A program made the translations under genes and the position numbers. The notes below the pieces were generated by a model that saw nothing but the letters and a program-made list of their open reading frames with translations, had not been told where the DNA came from and made no database searches. From contig JAZSRX010000008.1 of NCBI GenBank assembly GCA_045538685.1, positions 1,982 to 65,981 of the forward strand: a DNA stretch of 64,000 nucleotides, in the 5' to 3' direction. This document shows, in pieces, positions 1-9,203 of this stretch; position 1 is the stretch's first letter, and every line of letters starts with the position of its first letter. Origin of the DNA: Eubacteriales bacterium (GTDB taxonomy: Bacteria; Bacillota; Clostridia; Oscillospirales; CAG-272).

Positions 1-11
1 ACGAAGCCAGA

Positions 12-515
12 GTGTTTGATCTGACATATAAAGATCTTTTAACTCAGGGAAATAGTTACGAAGACAAACGAACTCATTACAATTCGGTTGCTTTGGCAAA
101 AATTTCAGGACCAATATTCTTCTTTATTTGTTTGGGAATAGCAATTTTTTCATTTATTGTAACAATAATTTGGATGGTACTTATTAACTTCCTTCCTTCT
201 TGTTCGTATACAGCATCGATCGTTTTTGTTCTCTTTATCCCATCATTTATTAATGCTTTTGAGAAATATAGCAGAAACATTAATCCTGATAATGTTGAAA
301 ACAAAGTGGATGAAACGATTAACAAGCATAAAAAGGATGTTGCGAATAAGGCAATCGAAACAATAAAGAACAATAACAAACTCGAAATTAAAGTACAAAC
401 ATTCGAAGATTATCTCAAGCAAATCCATAACTTTACTAGGCAAATTGGAAAGAAAGAATTTTGGATTAAACTATTCAAAAATTTTCTCAACCCCAGATAC
501 TTATTTACAAGGTAA
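12..515 (+). CDS. hypothetical membrane protein (5' end may lie upstream of the window)
   Basis: Reading frame stays open to the window edge. Two hydrophobic helices (GPIFFFICLGIAIFSFIVTIIWMVLINFL; ASIVFVLFIPSFI). A terminator hairpin follows. Confidence 0.4.
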   Translation: MFDLTYKDLLTQGNSYEDKRTHYNSVALAKISGPIFFFICLGIAIFSFIVTIIWMVLINFLPSCSYTASIVFVLFIPSFINAFEKYSRNINPDNVENKVDETINKHKKDVANKAIETIKNNNKLEIKVQTFEDYLKQIHNFTRQIGKKEFWIKLFKNFLNPRYLFTR

Positions 516-522
516 CATTTTT

Positions 523-558
523 CCGCAAGCATCATTACGGTGCTTGCGGATCTTTTTT
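523..558 (+). terminator. rho-independent terminator
   Basis: Stem ccgcaagca/tgcttgcgg with a 9-nt loop, followed by atctttttt. Confidence 0.7.
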
Positions 559-575
559 GCAATCTTTAGTTTACA

Positions 576-1034
576 TTAGTTATACATATTGTTACAAGAA
601 AGGTAGTTATACAACTGTTCACCGTGGTTCTGCTCTTCCTTTTGGATATGAGCAAGAGTGTCACGAAGGACAGGACTTGAGAATTCAAACACCCCGGTGT
701 TATATACAGAAGAAACGTGTTTTTCCATAGAAAGAGCATCCTTACACAAATAAGCATCGTGCTTCTTTTCCACTTCGTTGCAACTTGACATTTTGCACTG
801 AAGCTTTGCCTGCACCGCCGAAGGTGACTGAGCTGGCATTGATACCTCTGTTCCGTTTAAAATCTGATTAATGGTATCAAGATGCTTTTGTTCTGTTTGT
901 TCCAGGTTTGAAAAGAGTGCTTTCAGCTCGGGATCGTGTGCCATCTGCGAGTATTTATTATACTTTTCAATACAAAGCTGTTCCTGGGACTTTAAGTCTG
1001 ATAAAAGTGTAGTTTCCTTTTGTGTAAGTGTCAT
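576..1034 (-). CDS. spore coat protein, CotF (Coat F domain)-like
   Basis: 152 aa. Duplicated helical segments (LSDLKSQEQLCIEKYNKYSQMAHDPELKALF; LRDTLAHIQKEEQNHGEQLYNYL) resemble the Coat F family as I recall it. Confidence 0.55.
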   Translation of the reverse strand: MTLTQKETTLLSDLKSQEQLCIEKYNKYSQMAHDPELKALFSNLEQTEQKHLDTINQILNGTEVSMPAQSPSAVQAKLQCKMSSCNEVEKKHDAYLCKDALSMEKHVSSVYNTGVFEFSSPVLRDTLAHIQKEEQNHGEQLYNYLSCNNMYN

Positions 1035-1271
1035 AAAAATCCTCCTTTATTTTGGTTTCAAGGAAATTATAACCGCGAAAGAGCATTTTATTCCCGTTTA
1101 AATATCGCAAAAGAGACCTTATCCCGATAAAAGCGGAGGTTTTTTTTCGTTTTTCTTTGATAAATCTGTTTCTGCAATTGTTTTGTGCTTTTATCGACAG
1201 CATATTTCGGCGTATTTTTCCTCTCTTTTGGTTTATAATTACTTGAATACTTTTTGAAAGGCGGAAAATAT

Positions 1272-3701
1272 ATGGACAAGCTGACAGACAGCAATAATCA
1301 AACCGCGGAACGCAGAGGAGGCATTAAAGCTTTTTTCCTTCAAATAAAAGAGAGCATTAAATCGCTTTGTGACGGAGCAAGAGAAGACGGAAGAATGCTT
1401 CTTTTTGATCTGATGCTGTTTTCTGTTGGATTTTTATTATCCAGATGTCATCTGATAATGGGTGCAAGACCGCTTGGACTTGCTTTTGTGGCAGTTCTTC
1501 CAACCGGTGTGTGGCCTGCCCTCGGAGGAGTGGTAATCGGATCGCTTTCTCTCGGGCTTGAAGGAATAATATTTGCCTCGTCTGCCGTAATAATAACCCT
1601 TCTTCGTGCGATAGTTTCTGCACCCGACAGAAGATTTGAAGGCGGAGAACTTTTTTCTGAAAGTGTGATGCTTCGCTTATCAATATCGGTGCTTGGCGGA
1701 TTTGTTGTATCTGTATATGAGGTTCTTATGCTAAAGCTCAGCGAAGCAACACTTTTGTTTGGCTTGGTTATGATTATAGTAACACCGCTGGCGACATTTG
1801 CTCTTTCAGGGCTTTTTTCCACAGGAATAAGCTTAAAGGGGCTTATTTCGGGAAGCGACAATATTTTGAAAAGCAAAAGCGACGATCGTGATGAACGTTA
1901 CAACAAGATATTTTTCCAAATTTCCGCACTGACACTTATTTTCTTTGTCGGATTGTCATTAAAAAATGTGAATATCGTCGGAATATCCTTTTCATATATA
2001 TTCAGTGCCACAATCACCCTACTTGCAGCAAAGCGATTCGGCGGTCTTCGTGCTATGGCTGTTGGCTTCATTTCTTCTTTATCGGTTTCGGGAACGCTGT
2101 CAGTATCATTTGCACTTGCAGGACTCTGTTCGGGTGTGATGTTTAGCTTCGGCGGCGGATATGCAATAATTGCAGGGGGAGTTGCCCTTTGTGCTTTCAG
2201 TGCATATTCCTCAGGACTGAACGGTCTGTTAAGCACACTTCCTGAATATGCGGTTGCCTGTGCTCTGACACTTCCCTTACTAAAGAAAATCCCCGAACAA
2301 GAAACCGACAGCTCCACAGAAGAAGAGCCGACAGAAACCGCAGAGGATATGGTAGGAACAATGGCACTGGCATATCAAAACAGATATACTGGAAGTCTTG
2401 ACTCGCTAGAAGCGGCACTTACGAATCTGTCTAAGGTTATTAACGAACATACAAAGCCCACCTCAAAGCTTTCAAAAGAGGAGTACCGGGACATCATAAT
2501 CGGTGTGGCAGAAAACAGATGCATCGGATGTGCAGACGGAATGTTATGTGCAAAAGAGGACATTCGTCCTTCGATTAAAAACGCAGATAAGCTTGCCGGG
2601 ATGCTATGCGAAGGCAAAAAAATAACTGCTCAAGACCTGAATACCGACACAGAGTTTTGCCATATGGCAAAACTTCTTTCGGAAGAAATCAACCGCGAAG
2701 CAGGCAGAAAAGAACGGGAGAGCTACCTTCTCACAGGAACAACGGGTGCAGCAGAGGAATATGAGCTTATTTCCGGGCTGATAAGCCGTGCCAGAGCAAA
2801 CGACAATTCCGAGCGGGCAGTAGACAACAGTATGACTCCTACACTTACAGAGGCATTTCACAACTGTGGCTTTAAAAACGGAACAATACGTGCCTTCGGA
2901 GAAAGAAGAAAACACTTTATTCTGGCAGGAGAGGATGAAAGCGGAGTAAAAATTTCCTCCTTTGAGCTTAGAAAAAGCATAGAAAAGGCGGCTGATGTAC
3001 GGCTTGGAACTCCGGAATATTTTCGCAGAGGGAAAATGGTACTAATGGAGTGTGATATTCGCCCTCGCTATAAAGTCAGTGTGGCAACCGCCGCAATGCC
3101 GGGAAAGGCAAACGAGGTTTCGGGAGACACCGCAATTAGTTTTGAAACAAAAAACGACTGTTTTTACTCTCTGATTTCGGACGGAATGGGAAGCGGAACG
3201 GTGGCAAAGCAAACCTCTTCATTCGCAGCAGATTTTATTAAAAATGCAATGGATATAGGTGCGGCAAAGGAAACATTAATTCTTATGCTGAATCACAACA
3301 TAAGAGCAAGGAGAGAAGAATGTTCGGCAACAATAGATCTTTTCGAGCTGGATTTGCTTAACGGAAACGGAGTTTTCTTAAAAAGCGGTGCCGCTCCCTC
3401 TTATATAAAGCGAGATTCATCTATTTTCCGCATCAGGTCACAAACCGCACCGATAGGTCTGCTTCGCTCTATTGACACCGAAAAAATAAGTGTAGAAATC
3501 AGACGCGGAGACTATATCTTTATGATGTCCGACGGAATAGCCGATTCGGCAGAAGATGCACCCTGGTTGCTTTTGCTTTTGGGAGAGCCGCCGAAGAAAA
3601 ATCTTACCGAATACGCGGAATATATATTAAATGAGGCAAAAAAGAACTCGAGAGTACAGGACGATATGAGTATTACGGTTATTCGGGTTGAGGAAGCATA
3701 G
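1272..3701 (+). CDS. spoIIE: stage II sporulation protein E (SpoIIE), membrane PP2C phosphatase
   Basis: About 10 N-terminal TM helices and a C-terminal PP2C domain (SGDTAISF..YSLISDGMGSG; MMSDGIADS). The ATG at 1272 is preferred over the upstream TTG at 1254. Confidence 0.9.
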   Translation: MDKLTDSNNQTAERRGGIKAFFLQIKESIKSLCDGAREDGRMLLFDLMLFSVGFLLSRCHLIMGARPLGLAFVAVLPTGVWPALGGVVIGSLSLGLEGIIFASSAVIITLLRAIVSAPDRRFEGGELFSESVMLRLSISVLGGFVVSVYEVLMLKLSEATLLFGLVMIIVTPLATFALSGLFSTGISLKGLISGSDNILKSKSDDRDERYNKIFFQISALTLIFFVGLSLKNVNIVGISFSYIFSATITLLAAKRFGGLRAMAVGFISSLSVSGTLSVSFALAGLCSGVMFSFGGGYAIIAGGVALCAFSAYSSGLNGLLSTLPEYAVACALTLPLLKKIPEQETDSSTEEEPTETAEDMVGTMALAYQNRYTGSLDSLEAALTNLSKVINEHTKPTSKLSKEEYRDIIIGVAENRCIGCADGMLCAKEDIRPSIKNADKLAGMLCEGKKITAQDLNTDTEFCHMAKLLSEEINREAGRKERESYLLTGTTGAAEEYELISGLISRARANDNSERAVDNSMTPTLTEAFHNCGFKNGTIRAFGERRKHFILAGEDESGVKISSFELRKSIEKAADVRLGTPEYFRRGKMVLMECDIRPRYKVSVATAAMPGKANEVSGDTAISFETKNDCFYSLISDGMGSGTVAKQTSSFAADFIKNAMDIGAAKETLILMLNHNIRARREECSATIDLFELDLLNGNGVFLKSGAAPSYIKRDSSIFRIRSQTAPIGLLRSIDTEKISVEIRRGDYIFMMSDGIADSAEDAPWLLLLLGEPPKKNLTEYAEYILNEAKKNSRVQDDMSITVIRVEEA

Positions 3702-3760
3702 TCAACCAATAGGGCTTATTTTCATATACTGAAAATGAAACCCAAACGAAAGGGAGTATT

Positions 3761-3844
3761 ATGAAAATTATTGTAATGCATTCGCCAAAAGCTCTGCGAC
3801 GTTTACTTGCTAAAATTTTTGGAGTAGAGCTTAATAAAAAATAA
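3761..3844 (+). CDS. possible 27-aa micro-protein (MKIIVMHSPKALRRLLAKIFGVELNKK)
   Basis: AGGGAG lies 4 nt before the ATG. The ORF is followed directly by a strong terminator. No family recognised. Confidence 0.25.
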   Translation: MKIIVMHSPKALRRLLAKIFGVELNKK

Positions 3845-3863
3845 CATATAACCTAAAAAATAA

Positions 3864-3895
3864 AGGGTTTTGTAAATTGTAGTTTACAAAACCCT
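3864..3895. terminator. bidirectional rho-independent terminator
   Basis: 13-bp stem agggttttgtaaa/tttacaaaaccct, with an A-run upstream and a T-run downstream. Confidence 0.8.
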
Positions 3896-3900
3896 CTTTT

Positions 3901-5067
3901 TTATTTTAATTTACTTACAAACCGTTCTATTTTTTCAAGTGCCTCGGCTATATGTTTTACCGAGTACGCATAGGAAATTCTTGCATATCCCTCTCCGCAC
4001 TCACCAAAGGCAGTGCCGGGAACTATGGCACATTTTTCCTCCATCAAAAGTCTCTGGCAAAACTCCTCAGAAGAAAGACCGTATCCGCCTATATAGGGAT
4101 AAATATAGAAAGCTCCCTCGGGAACCATTACGGGCAGACCGATTTTGCGAAGACCATCGGCAATGAATACTCTTCGTCTGTTATACTCCGCACACATTTC
4201 AGCGATGTCATCGTCTCCGTTTTTCAGTGCCTCGATTGCCGCAAACTGAGAGACGGTGGGAGCACACATTATTGCATACTGATGAAGCTTAGTCATCTGT
4301 TTTATCCAGGTTTTCGGACCGACAAGATATCCGAGACGCCATCCCGTCATAGCATATGCCTTTGAGAAGCCGGAGGCAATAATTGTTCTCTCCTTCATTC
4401 CCTCAATATTTGCTATGGAAATATGCTTTTTGCCAAAGGTAAGCTCGGCATATATCTCGTCCGAAAGAATAACAATATCTGTTTCTTTAATTACCCCGGC
4501 AAGTTCTTCAAGCTCTTCCCTCTCAAGAATTGCACCTGTGGGATTGTTGGGATAAGGAAGAACAAGAAGCTTGGTTTTTGGTGTAATAGCAGAGCGAAGC
4601 TCTTCGGCGGTAAGCTTAAAGCCGTTTTCCGCCTTGGTGTTTATGGTTACAACATTGGCACCTGCCATTTTTGCAATCGGCTCATAGCAAACAAAGGAAG
4701 GCATCGGCACAATAACCTCATCTCCGGGATTTACGAGAGCACGAACAGCAACGTCAATCGCCTCGCTTCCGCCGACGGTTACCAAAACCTCATCTAGACC
4801 ATATTCAAGATCAAAGCGACGTCTTAAATAATTAGTAACCTCAAGGCGAAGCTCGGGTAAACCCGAGTTAGAGGTATAATATGTGTGACCGCGTTCAAGC
4901 GACTGAATAGCCGCCTCTCTGATATGCCAGGGTGTAACAAAGTCGGGCTGACCGACGGTAAGTGCCGTAACGTCACCCATATCAGCAAGCAGGTCAAAAA
5001 ATTTTCTAATTCCCGACGGCTTAATGTCTTTAAGCGTTTCGGAAAGCATTAACTCGTGATCTATCAT
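3901..5067 (-). CDS. PLP-dependent aminotransferase, class I/II (aspartate/aromatic type)
   Basis: 388 aa. PLP-lysine motif SGFSKAYAMTGWRLGY and a YPNNPTG motif. Confidence 0.85.
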   Translation of the reverse strand: MIDHELMLSETLKDIKPSGIRKFFDLLADMGDVTALTVGQPDFVTPWHIREAAIQSLERGHTYYTSNSGLPELRLEVTNYLRRRFDLEYGLDEVLVTVGGSEAIDVAVRALVNPGDEVIVPMPSFVCYEPIAKMAGANVVTINTKAENGFKLTAEELRSAITPKTKLLVLPYPNNPTGAILEREELEELAGVIKETDIVILSDEIYAELTFGKKHISIANIEGMKERTIIASGFSKAYAMTGWRLGYLVGPKTWIKQMTKLHQYAIMCAPTVSQFAAIEALKNGDDDIAEMCAEYNRRRVFIADGLRKIGLPVMVPEGAFYIYPYIGGYGLSSEEFCQRLLMEEKCAIVPGTAFGECGEGYARISYAYSVKHIAEALEKIERFVSKLK

Positions 5068-5543
5068 AACAAATCGTTTTCCCTGAGATCCTTTTTCGGT
5101 GAATTGTAAATAACTCCGTTGTACTTATATGTTTTAAGAACAAAATGAGTTGCGGTTGCTGTAACAAATTCAATGGGAGCAAGCTTTCTCGCCACAAAGT
5201 AAGCAACCTCTTTCATAGTCTTTCCCTCGATAAGAACGGTGAAATCAAAACCGCCCGACATCAGATAAAGGCCCTTGATCTCGGGATAATTCTGTATCTT
5301 TTCCGCAATCTTGTCAAATCCGTCATCACGCTGAGGCATAACCTTTACCTCAATAAGTGCGGTAACGGTCTCCTTTTCGGTCTTATCCCAGTCGATAATC
5401 GCCTGATAACCCAAAATCACACCGTCTTTTTCAAGCTGACGAATCATATTTTTTATATCGCCTTCCTCCTTGGAAAGCATAAGTGCAAGCTCCGCAGGAG
5501 TGAGAGTTGCATCATTTTCAAGCAATTTCAAAAGTTTTTCCAT
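5064..5543 (-). CDS. Lrp/AsnC family transcriptional regulator
   Basis: 159 aa. N-terminal HTH (LLENDATLTPAELALMLSKEEGDIKNMIRQLEKDGVILGY) and a C-terminal RAM-like domain. Overlaps the aminotransferase start by 4 nt. Confidence 0.85.
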   Translation of the reverse strand: MEKLLKLLENDATLTPAELALMLSKEEGDIKNMIRQLEKDGVILGYQAIIDWDKTEKETVTALIEVKVMPQRDDGFDKIAEKIQNYPEIKGLYLMSGGFDFTVLIEGKTMKEVAYFVARKLAPIEFVTATATHFVLKTYKYNGVIYNSPKKDLRENDLL

Positions 5544-5585
5544 ATCAAACCTCTGTTTACAGTATTATTTTTAATATTGAAATTT

Positions 5586-5614
5586 ATTATATCACCCTTT
5601 TTATATAAAGTCAA
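5586..5614 (-). promoter_or_regulatory. sigma-A type promoter for the Lrp/aminotransferase operon
   Basis: On the minus strand: TTGACT, 17 nt, TATAAT. Confidence 0.6.
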
Positions 5615-5639
5615 GAGAGCGTCCGCAACGGACGCTCTC
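5615..5639 (-). terminator. terminator of the feo operon
   Basis: 11-bp stem gagagcgtccg/cggacgctctc with a 3-nt loop. Confidence 0.7.
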
Positions 5640-5646
5640 CAATTTG

Positions 5647-5850
5647 TTAATTTTCTTTATTTTCACTGTCCGAAGTGCAGCACGAGCCGCCGCAACCCGA
5701 GCAATTTCCCGAGCAACCGCCCGACGAGCATGTCTTACTGCTTGGGCAGCCGATGCATTTTTGACCGGACATCTTTGCCTTAACAATATAACCGACAGCA
5801 CCGCCTATAATAACTACAATAGCGACGATAGGAATAATTGTTCCTCCCAT
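5647..5850 (-). CDS. FeoB-associated Cys-rich membrane protein
   Basis: 67 aa. One TM helix followed by a Cys-rich tail (CIGCPSSKTCSSGGCSGNCSGCGGSCC). Lies immediately downstream of feoB. Confidence 0.8.
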   Translation of the reverse strand: MGGTIIPIVAIVVIIGGAVGYIVKAKMSGQKCIGCPSSKTCSSGGCSGNCSGCGGSCCTSDSENKEN

Positions 5851-5851
5851 A

Positions 5852-7882
5852 TTACACCTTTACCTTTTTGGAAGTCTTTTCGGCTGTTTCCTTTTTGATC
5901 TCATTTTCCTTTTTGATAATCAGAACAGTAAGAATTGCTGCGAATACCGCAACAACAGACCAACCGAGAATGGGCATCCACGCCTCGCCGAACTTGCCGC
6001 CGGTGAAGAGAGTGCCAAAGAAGTATACAAGGAATCCGATTGTATATCCCACACCAAGCTGAAGTCCGATACCGCCAAAGAGCCACTTTTTGCTCTTGAT
6101 CTCGGAATTCATAGCACCGATTGCCGCAAAGCAAGGAGGTGTAAACAGATTGAACATAAGGAATGCAAGTGCGGCAACTCCGCTGATTCCGAAGGCAGAT
6201 GCAACTGCATTTTCGCTACCTTCAAGCATTGCAAGCTCGTCAAGGTCAAAGAGGTTTGCAATAGAGAAGCATACCGCAAGAGTTCCTACAACGTTTTCCT
6301 TTGCAATAAATCCGGTAATTGCCGCCGCAGCCAGCTGCCAGGCAACAACACCCACAATAGGAGCGAAGAGATAGGAGAAGGGAGAAGCAATGGTTGCAAG
6401 GATAGAGGTGTTTGCCGCATTCTCTGCAACAACATTAAAGGACCAATCAAAGTTCTGCATAACGTGAACTGCAAAGTTACAAACAAGAATGATTGTTCCC
6501 GCCTTAACTATGTAAGACCAACCACGCTGAAGCATAGACTGACACGCACGAAGAATACTGGGAGCTTTGTACTCGGGAAGCTCTATGATAAAGAAGGACT
6601 TTTTCGCCTTATGGCCTGTAAGCTTGTTAATGAGCAATGCACAGAGGAGAATAATCACGATAGCAACAAAGTACATTGACACACCCACAAATGCATTGTC
6701 TCCGAAGAATGCACCTGCAAAGAGCGAAATTACGGGAAGCTTTGCACCGCAAGGCATAAAGGGAGCAAGCATTGCTGTGGCACGTCTTTCTCTCTCGTTA
6801 CGGATAGTACGGCAAGCCATAACGCCGGGAATCGCACAACCTGTACCTACAACGAAAGGAATAACAGACTTGCCCGAAAGACCAACTCTCTTGAAAATAG
6901 GGTCAAGCACTACGGTAGCTCTTGCCATATATCCGCAATCCTCAAGGAGAGCGATAAGGAAGTACATTACCATTACAAGAGGAAGGAAGCCCACAACGGC
7001 AATAAATCCGCCGATTATACCGTCAATTAGGATAGATCCCCAGATGTTAAGCGACTCTGCATCGCCCTGAATAACACCCGCAAGTGCTTCCTGCCCTGCT
7101 TCAAGCCAGCCAACAAGAAGGTCTGCAATCCACACACCCGGACCAACCTGAGAAATCCAGAAAACAAGGAACATTACAACGGCAAAGATCGGAATACCCA
7201 GCCACTTATTAGTGAGAATCTCGTCGACCTTATCCTGTGCGTTTTTGTCCTTTGTCAAAACCTTTCTTGTTTCAACTCTTTTTACAACACCGTTTACAAA
7301 TTCGAATCTCTTTCTGTCCGCACGTACAACCGCAGACTTGTCGGTAAGATCAATCTGTCCCTGTACATAGGGTGCTTTTTGTCCCTTTCCGATAACAGAA
7401 ACAGCGGCTACAACAAGTTCACGAAGTCCGTCACCTGTGGTAGATGTCGTTTCAATAACCGGGCAACCAAGTCTTCTGGAAAGCTCTGTTGCGTCAATTT
7501 TGTTGTGTTTTTTCTCGTTTGCATCGGTCTTATTCAGTGCAACTACCATAGGTACACCAAGTTCAAGAAGCTGGGTAGTAAAGAACAAGCTTCTGGAAAG
7601 ATTGGTGGAGTCTACAATATTAATTATTGCATCGGGATGCTCCTCTTTTACATATGTAGAGGTTATACTTTCCTCCGAGGTAAAGGGTGACATAGAATAT
7701 GCACCGGGAAGGTCAACCGCAATAAGCTCACCTTCGCCGTAATAAACCTTTTTTATGGGGTGTTCCTTTCTCTCAACGGTAACACCGGCCCAATTTCCTA
7801 CCTTTTCACTTCTTCCGGTGAGGGCATTAAACATAGTGGTTTTACCGCTGTTGGGATTTCCCGCCAACGCAATTCTCATCAT
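5852..7882 (-). CDS. feoB: ferrous iron transport protein B
   Basis: 676 aa. N-terminal G-domain (GNPNSGKTTMFNALTG; DLPG; NKTD) and a polytopic permease domain. Confidence 0.95.
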   Translation of the reverse strand: MMRIALAGNPNSGKTTMFNALTGRSEKVGNWAGVTVERKEHPIKKVYYGEGELIAVDLPGAYSMSPFTSEESITSTYVKEEHPDAIINIVDSTNLSRSLFFTTQLLELGVPMVVALNKTDANEKKHNKIDATELSRRLGCPVIETTSTTGDGLRELVVAAVSVIGKGQKAPYVQGQIDLTDKSAVVRADRKRFEFVNGVVKRVETRKVLTKDKNAQDKVDEILTNKWLGIPIFAVVMFLVFWISQVGPGVWIADLLVGWLEAGQEALAGVIQGDAESLNIWGSILIDGIIGGFIAVVGFLPLVMVMYFLIALLEDCGYMARATVVLDPIFKRVGLSGKSVIPFVVGTGCAIPGVMACRTIRNERERRATAMLAPFMPCGAKLPVISLFAGAFFGDNAFVGVSMYFVAIVIILLCALLINKLTGHKAKKSFFIIELPEYKAPSILRACQSMLQRGWSYIVKAGTIILVCNFAVHVMQNFDWSFNVVAENAANTSILATIASPFSYLFAPIVGVVAWQLAAAAITGFIAKENVVGTLAVCFSIANLFDLDELAMLEGSENAVASAFGISGVAALAFLMFNLFTPPCFAAIGAMNSEIKSKKWLFGGIGLQLGVGYTIGFLVYFFGTLFTGGKFGEAWMPILGWSVVAVFAAILTVLIIKKENEIKKETAEKTSKKVKV

Positions 7883-7929
7883 TTTCTCCTTAATTATGTA
7901 TATTTGTCAACTTTGATTTACTTTTTCTT

Positions 7930-7947
7930 GGTTAGCAGTTGCTAACC
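7930..7947. promoter_or_regulatory. 8-2-8 palindrome GGTTAGCA-GT-TGCTAACC between feoA and feoB
   Basis: Perfect inverted repeat. The same arms occur again at 8226-8243. Confidence 0.5.
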
Positions 7948-7976
7948 GCCTGGTAAAAAAACAATTTTTTAATTGT

Positions 7977-8195
7977 TTAATTGTGAACATAAATGGCTTC
8001 GCCAAGTGCTCTGTCAATATTGTATCTGCCGTCTTTGATAGAAACGGTAAGACCGCTTTTTCTGCGGGAGATAACGGTTATCGGCTCACCGCTGTAACAA
8101 CCAAGCGAAAAGAGAAATGCATCCAGCTCTTCGTCATCGGTCTCAATGCGATCAACTATATATTCTCTTCCTTCCTCAGCAGTCCAAAGATTCAT
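7977..8195 (-). CDS. feoA: FeoA family iron transport protein
   Basis: 72 aa from the ATG at 8195, with AGGAGA 6 nt upstream. SH3-like FeoA sequence (EGREYIVDRIE..GEPITVISRRKSGLTVSIKDGRY). Confidence 0.8.
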   Translation of the reverse strand: MNLWTAEEGREYIVDRIETDDEELDAFLFSLGCYSGEPITVISRRKSGLTVSIKDGRYNIDRALGEAIYVHN

Positions 8196-8225
8196 TTTTG
8201 TTCTCCTAAATAAGATGTTTTTGTC

Positions 8226-8243
8226 GGTTAGCATCTGCTAACC
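8226..8243. promoter_or_regulatory. 8-2-8 palindrome GGTTAGCA-TC-TGCTAACC at about +1 of the feoA promoter
   Basis: Perfect inverted repeat starting 7 nt downstream of the -10 box. Confidence 0.5.
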
Positions 8244-8250
8244 ACAGATT

Positions 8251-8279
8251 ATTATACACATTTTACGGTGATTTGTCAA
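8251..8279 (-). promoter_or_regulatory. sigma-A type promoter of the feoAB operon
   Basis: On the minus strand: TTGACA, 17 nt, TATAAT. Confidence 0.7.
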
Positions 8280-8414
8280 GTATTTTCTTAATTATTTTCT
8301 TTTTTTATCCAGATTTGTTATTTATGAACATTTTTACTTGACTTTGAACGACTTTTATTGTATAATTTATAAGACCTAAAACGGCAAATATCAATAATAA
8401 TCAAGGAGAAAATC

Positions 8415-8918
8415 ATGAGCAAAAACCTTAAAATCGCAATAGCACTTATGCTTTTATCGTGTACTTTTTTAACTCTCTGCTCCTGTGTTGCAAAGCCAAA
8501 GCTCAATCTTGAAGATGCGGCCGACAACCTTAAGGACGAGAATTACACGGTTTACTATGTTGAAGATGCGGAAGATAACAATCCCAGATATCAGGAAACC
8601 CTTAATGCTTACAAGGGCGACGAAGGTATCTCTATCATCAAATTCACCGACTCCAAAACAGCTAATCTTTATTATGAAAATCTCAAACTGGAATATGATT
8701 ACAAAATTGACAGTCTGAGACTCCAAATAGAAACTTTAAAGCACCAAATCAAGAAGTACGAAGACGACCTTAGTAAAGAGGAAATTAAAAGTCTCGAAAA
8801 GACACTTGAAAATTGCGAAGAATCTCTTGAAAAATATAAGGAAGATTATTGCTTCGGCAAGAGCGGCAAAACCGTATGGTACGGAACAAAGGATGCTGCT
8901 AAGGACTCCAGAGGTTAA
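8415..8918 (+). CDS. hypothetical lipoprotein
   Basis: Signal peptide with a lipobox (LLSCTFLTLCSC). The C-terminal part looks like a coiled coil. Confidence 0.6.
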   Translation: MSKNLKIAIALMLLSCTFLTLCSCVAKPKLNLEDAADNLKDENYTVYYVEDAEDNNPRYQETLNAYKGDEGISIIKFTDSKTANLYYENLKLEYDYKIDSLRLQIETLKHQIKKYEDDLSKEEIKSLEKTLENCEESLEKYKEDYCFGKSGKTVWYGTKDAAKDSRG

Positions 8919-9040
8919 TTTTAACCAAAAAAGCGAAATCAAATATACTTACATATAGTTTAAAAACGTCCTCGTTGAGAAATTGTAAAAATGCAATGGC
9001 TTAATGGGGGCCGTTTTTATACTTTTATTTCAATTTTTAT

Positions 9041-9064
9041 GTGATTGATTATGTGATTGATTAT
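9041..9064 (+). repeat. tandem duplication of the 12-mer gtgattgattat
   Basis: Two exact adjacent copies, about 65 nt upstream of the -35 box at 9129. Confidence 0.8.
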
Positions 9065-9128
9065 GTAAAATTGCTCTGTTTTTTTGTCGTTTTAATAAAA
9101 CTTAATAAAAATAGTGCTTTAAAATGGC

Positions 9129-9157
9129 TTGACTTTATTTTATGCGTGTGCTACAAT
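9129..9157 (+). promoter_or_regulatory. sigma-A type promoter
   Basis: TTGACT, 17 nt, TACAAT, upstream of the 9204 CDS. Confidence 0.55.
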
Positions 9158-9203
9158 AAAATAGTCACTATTATATGTGTAAATTTTTTTAAAGGAGAAA
9201 ACC

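Noticed and set aside
1185-1200. A possible Spo0A box (atcgaca, compared with TTCGACA) in the cotF/spoIIE divergent promoter region.
   Set aside because: It is a single imperfect 7-mer, too weak to call without a position-weight scan or comparative support.
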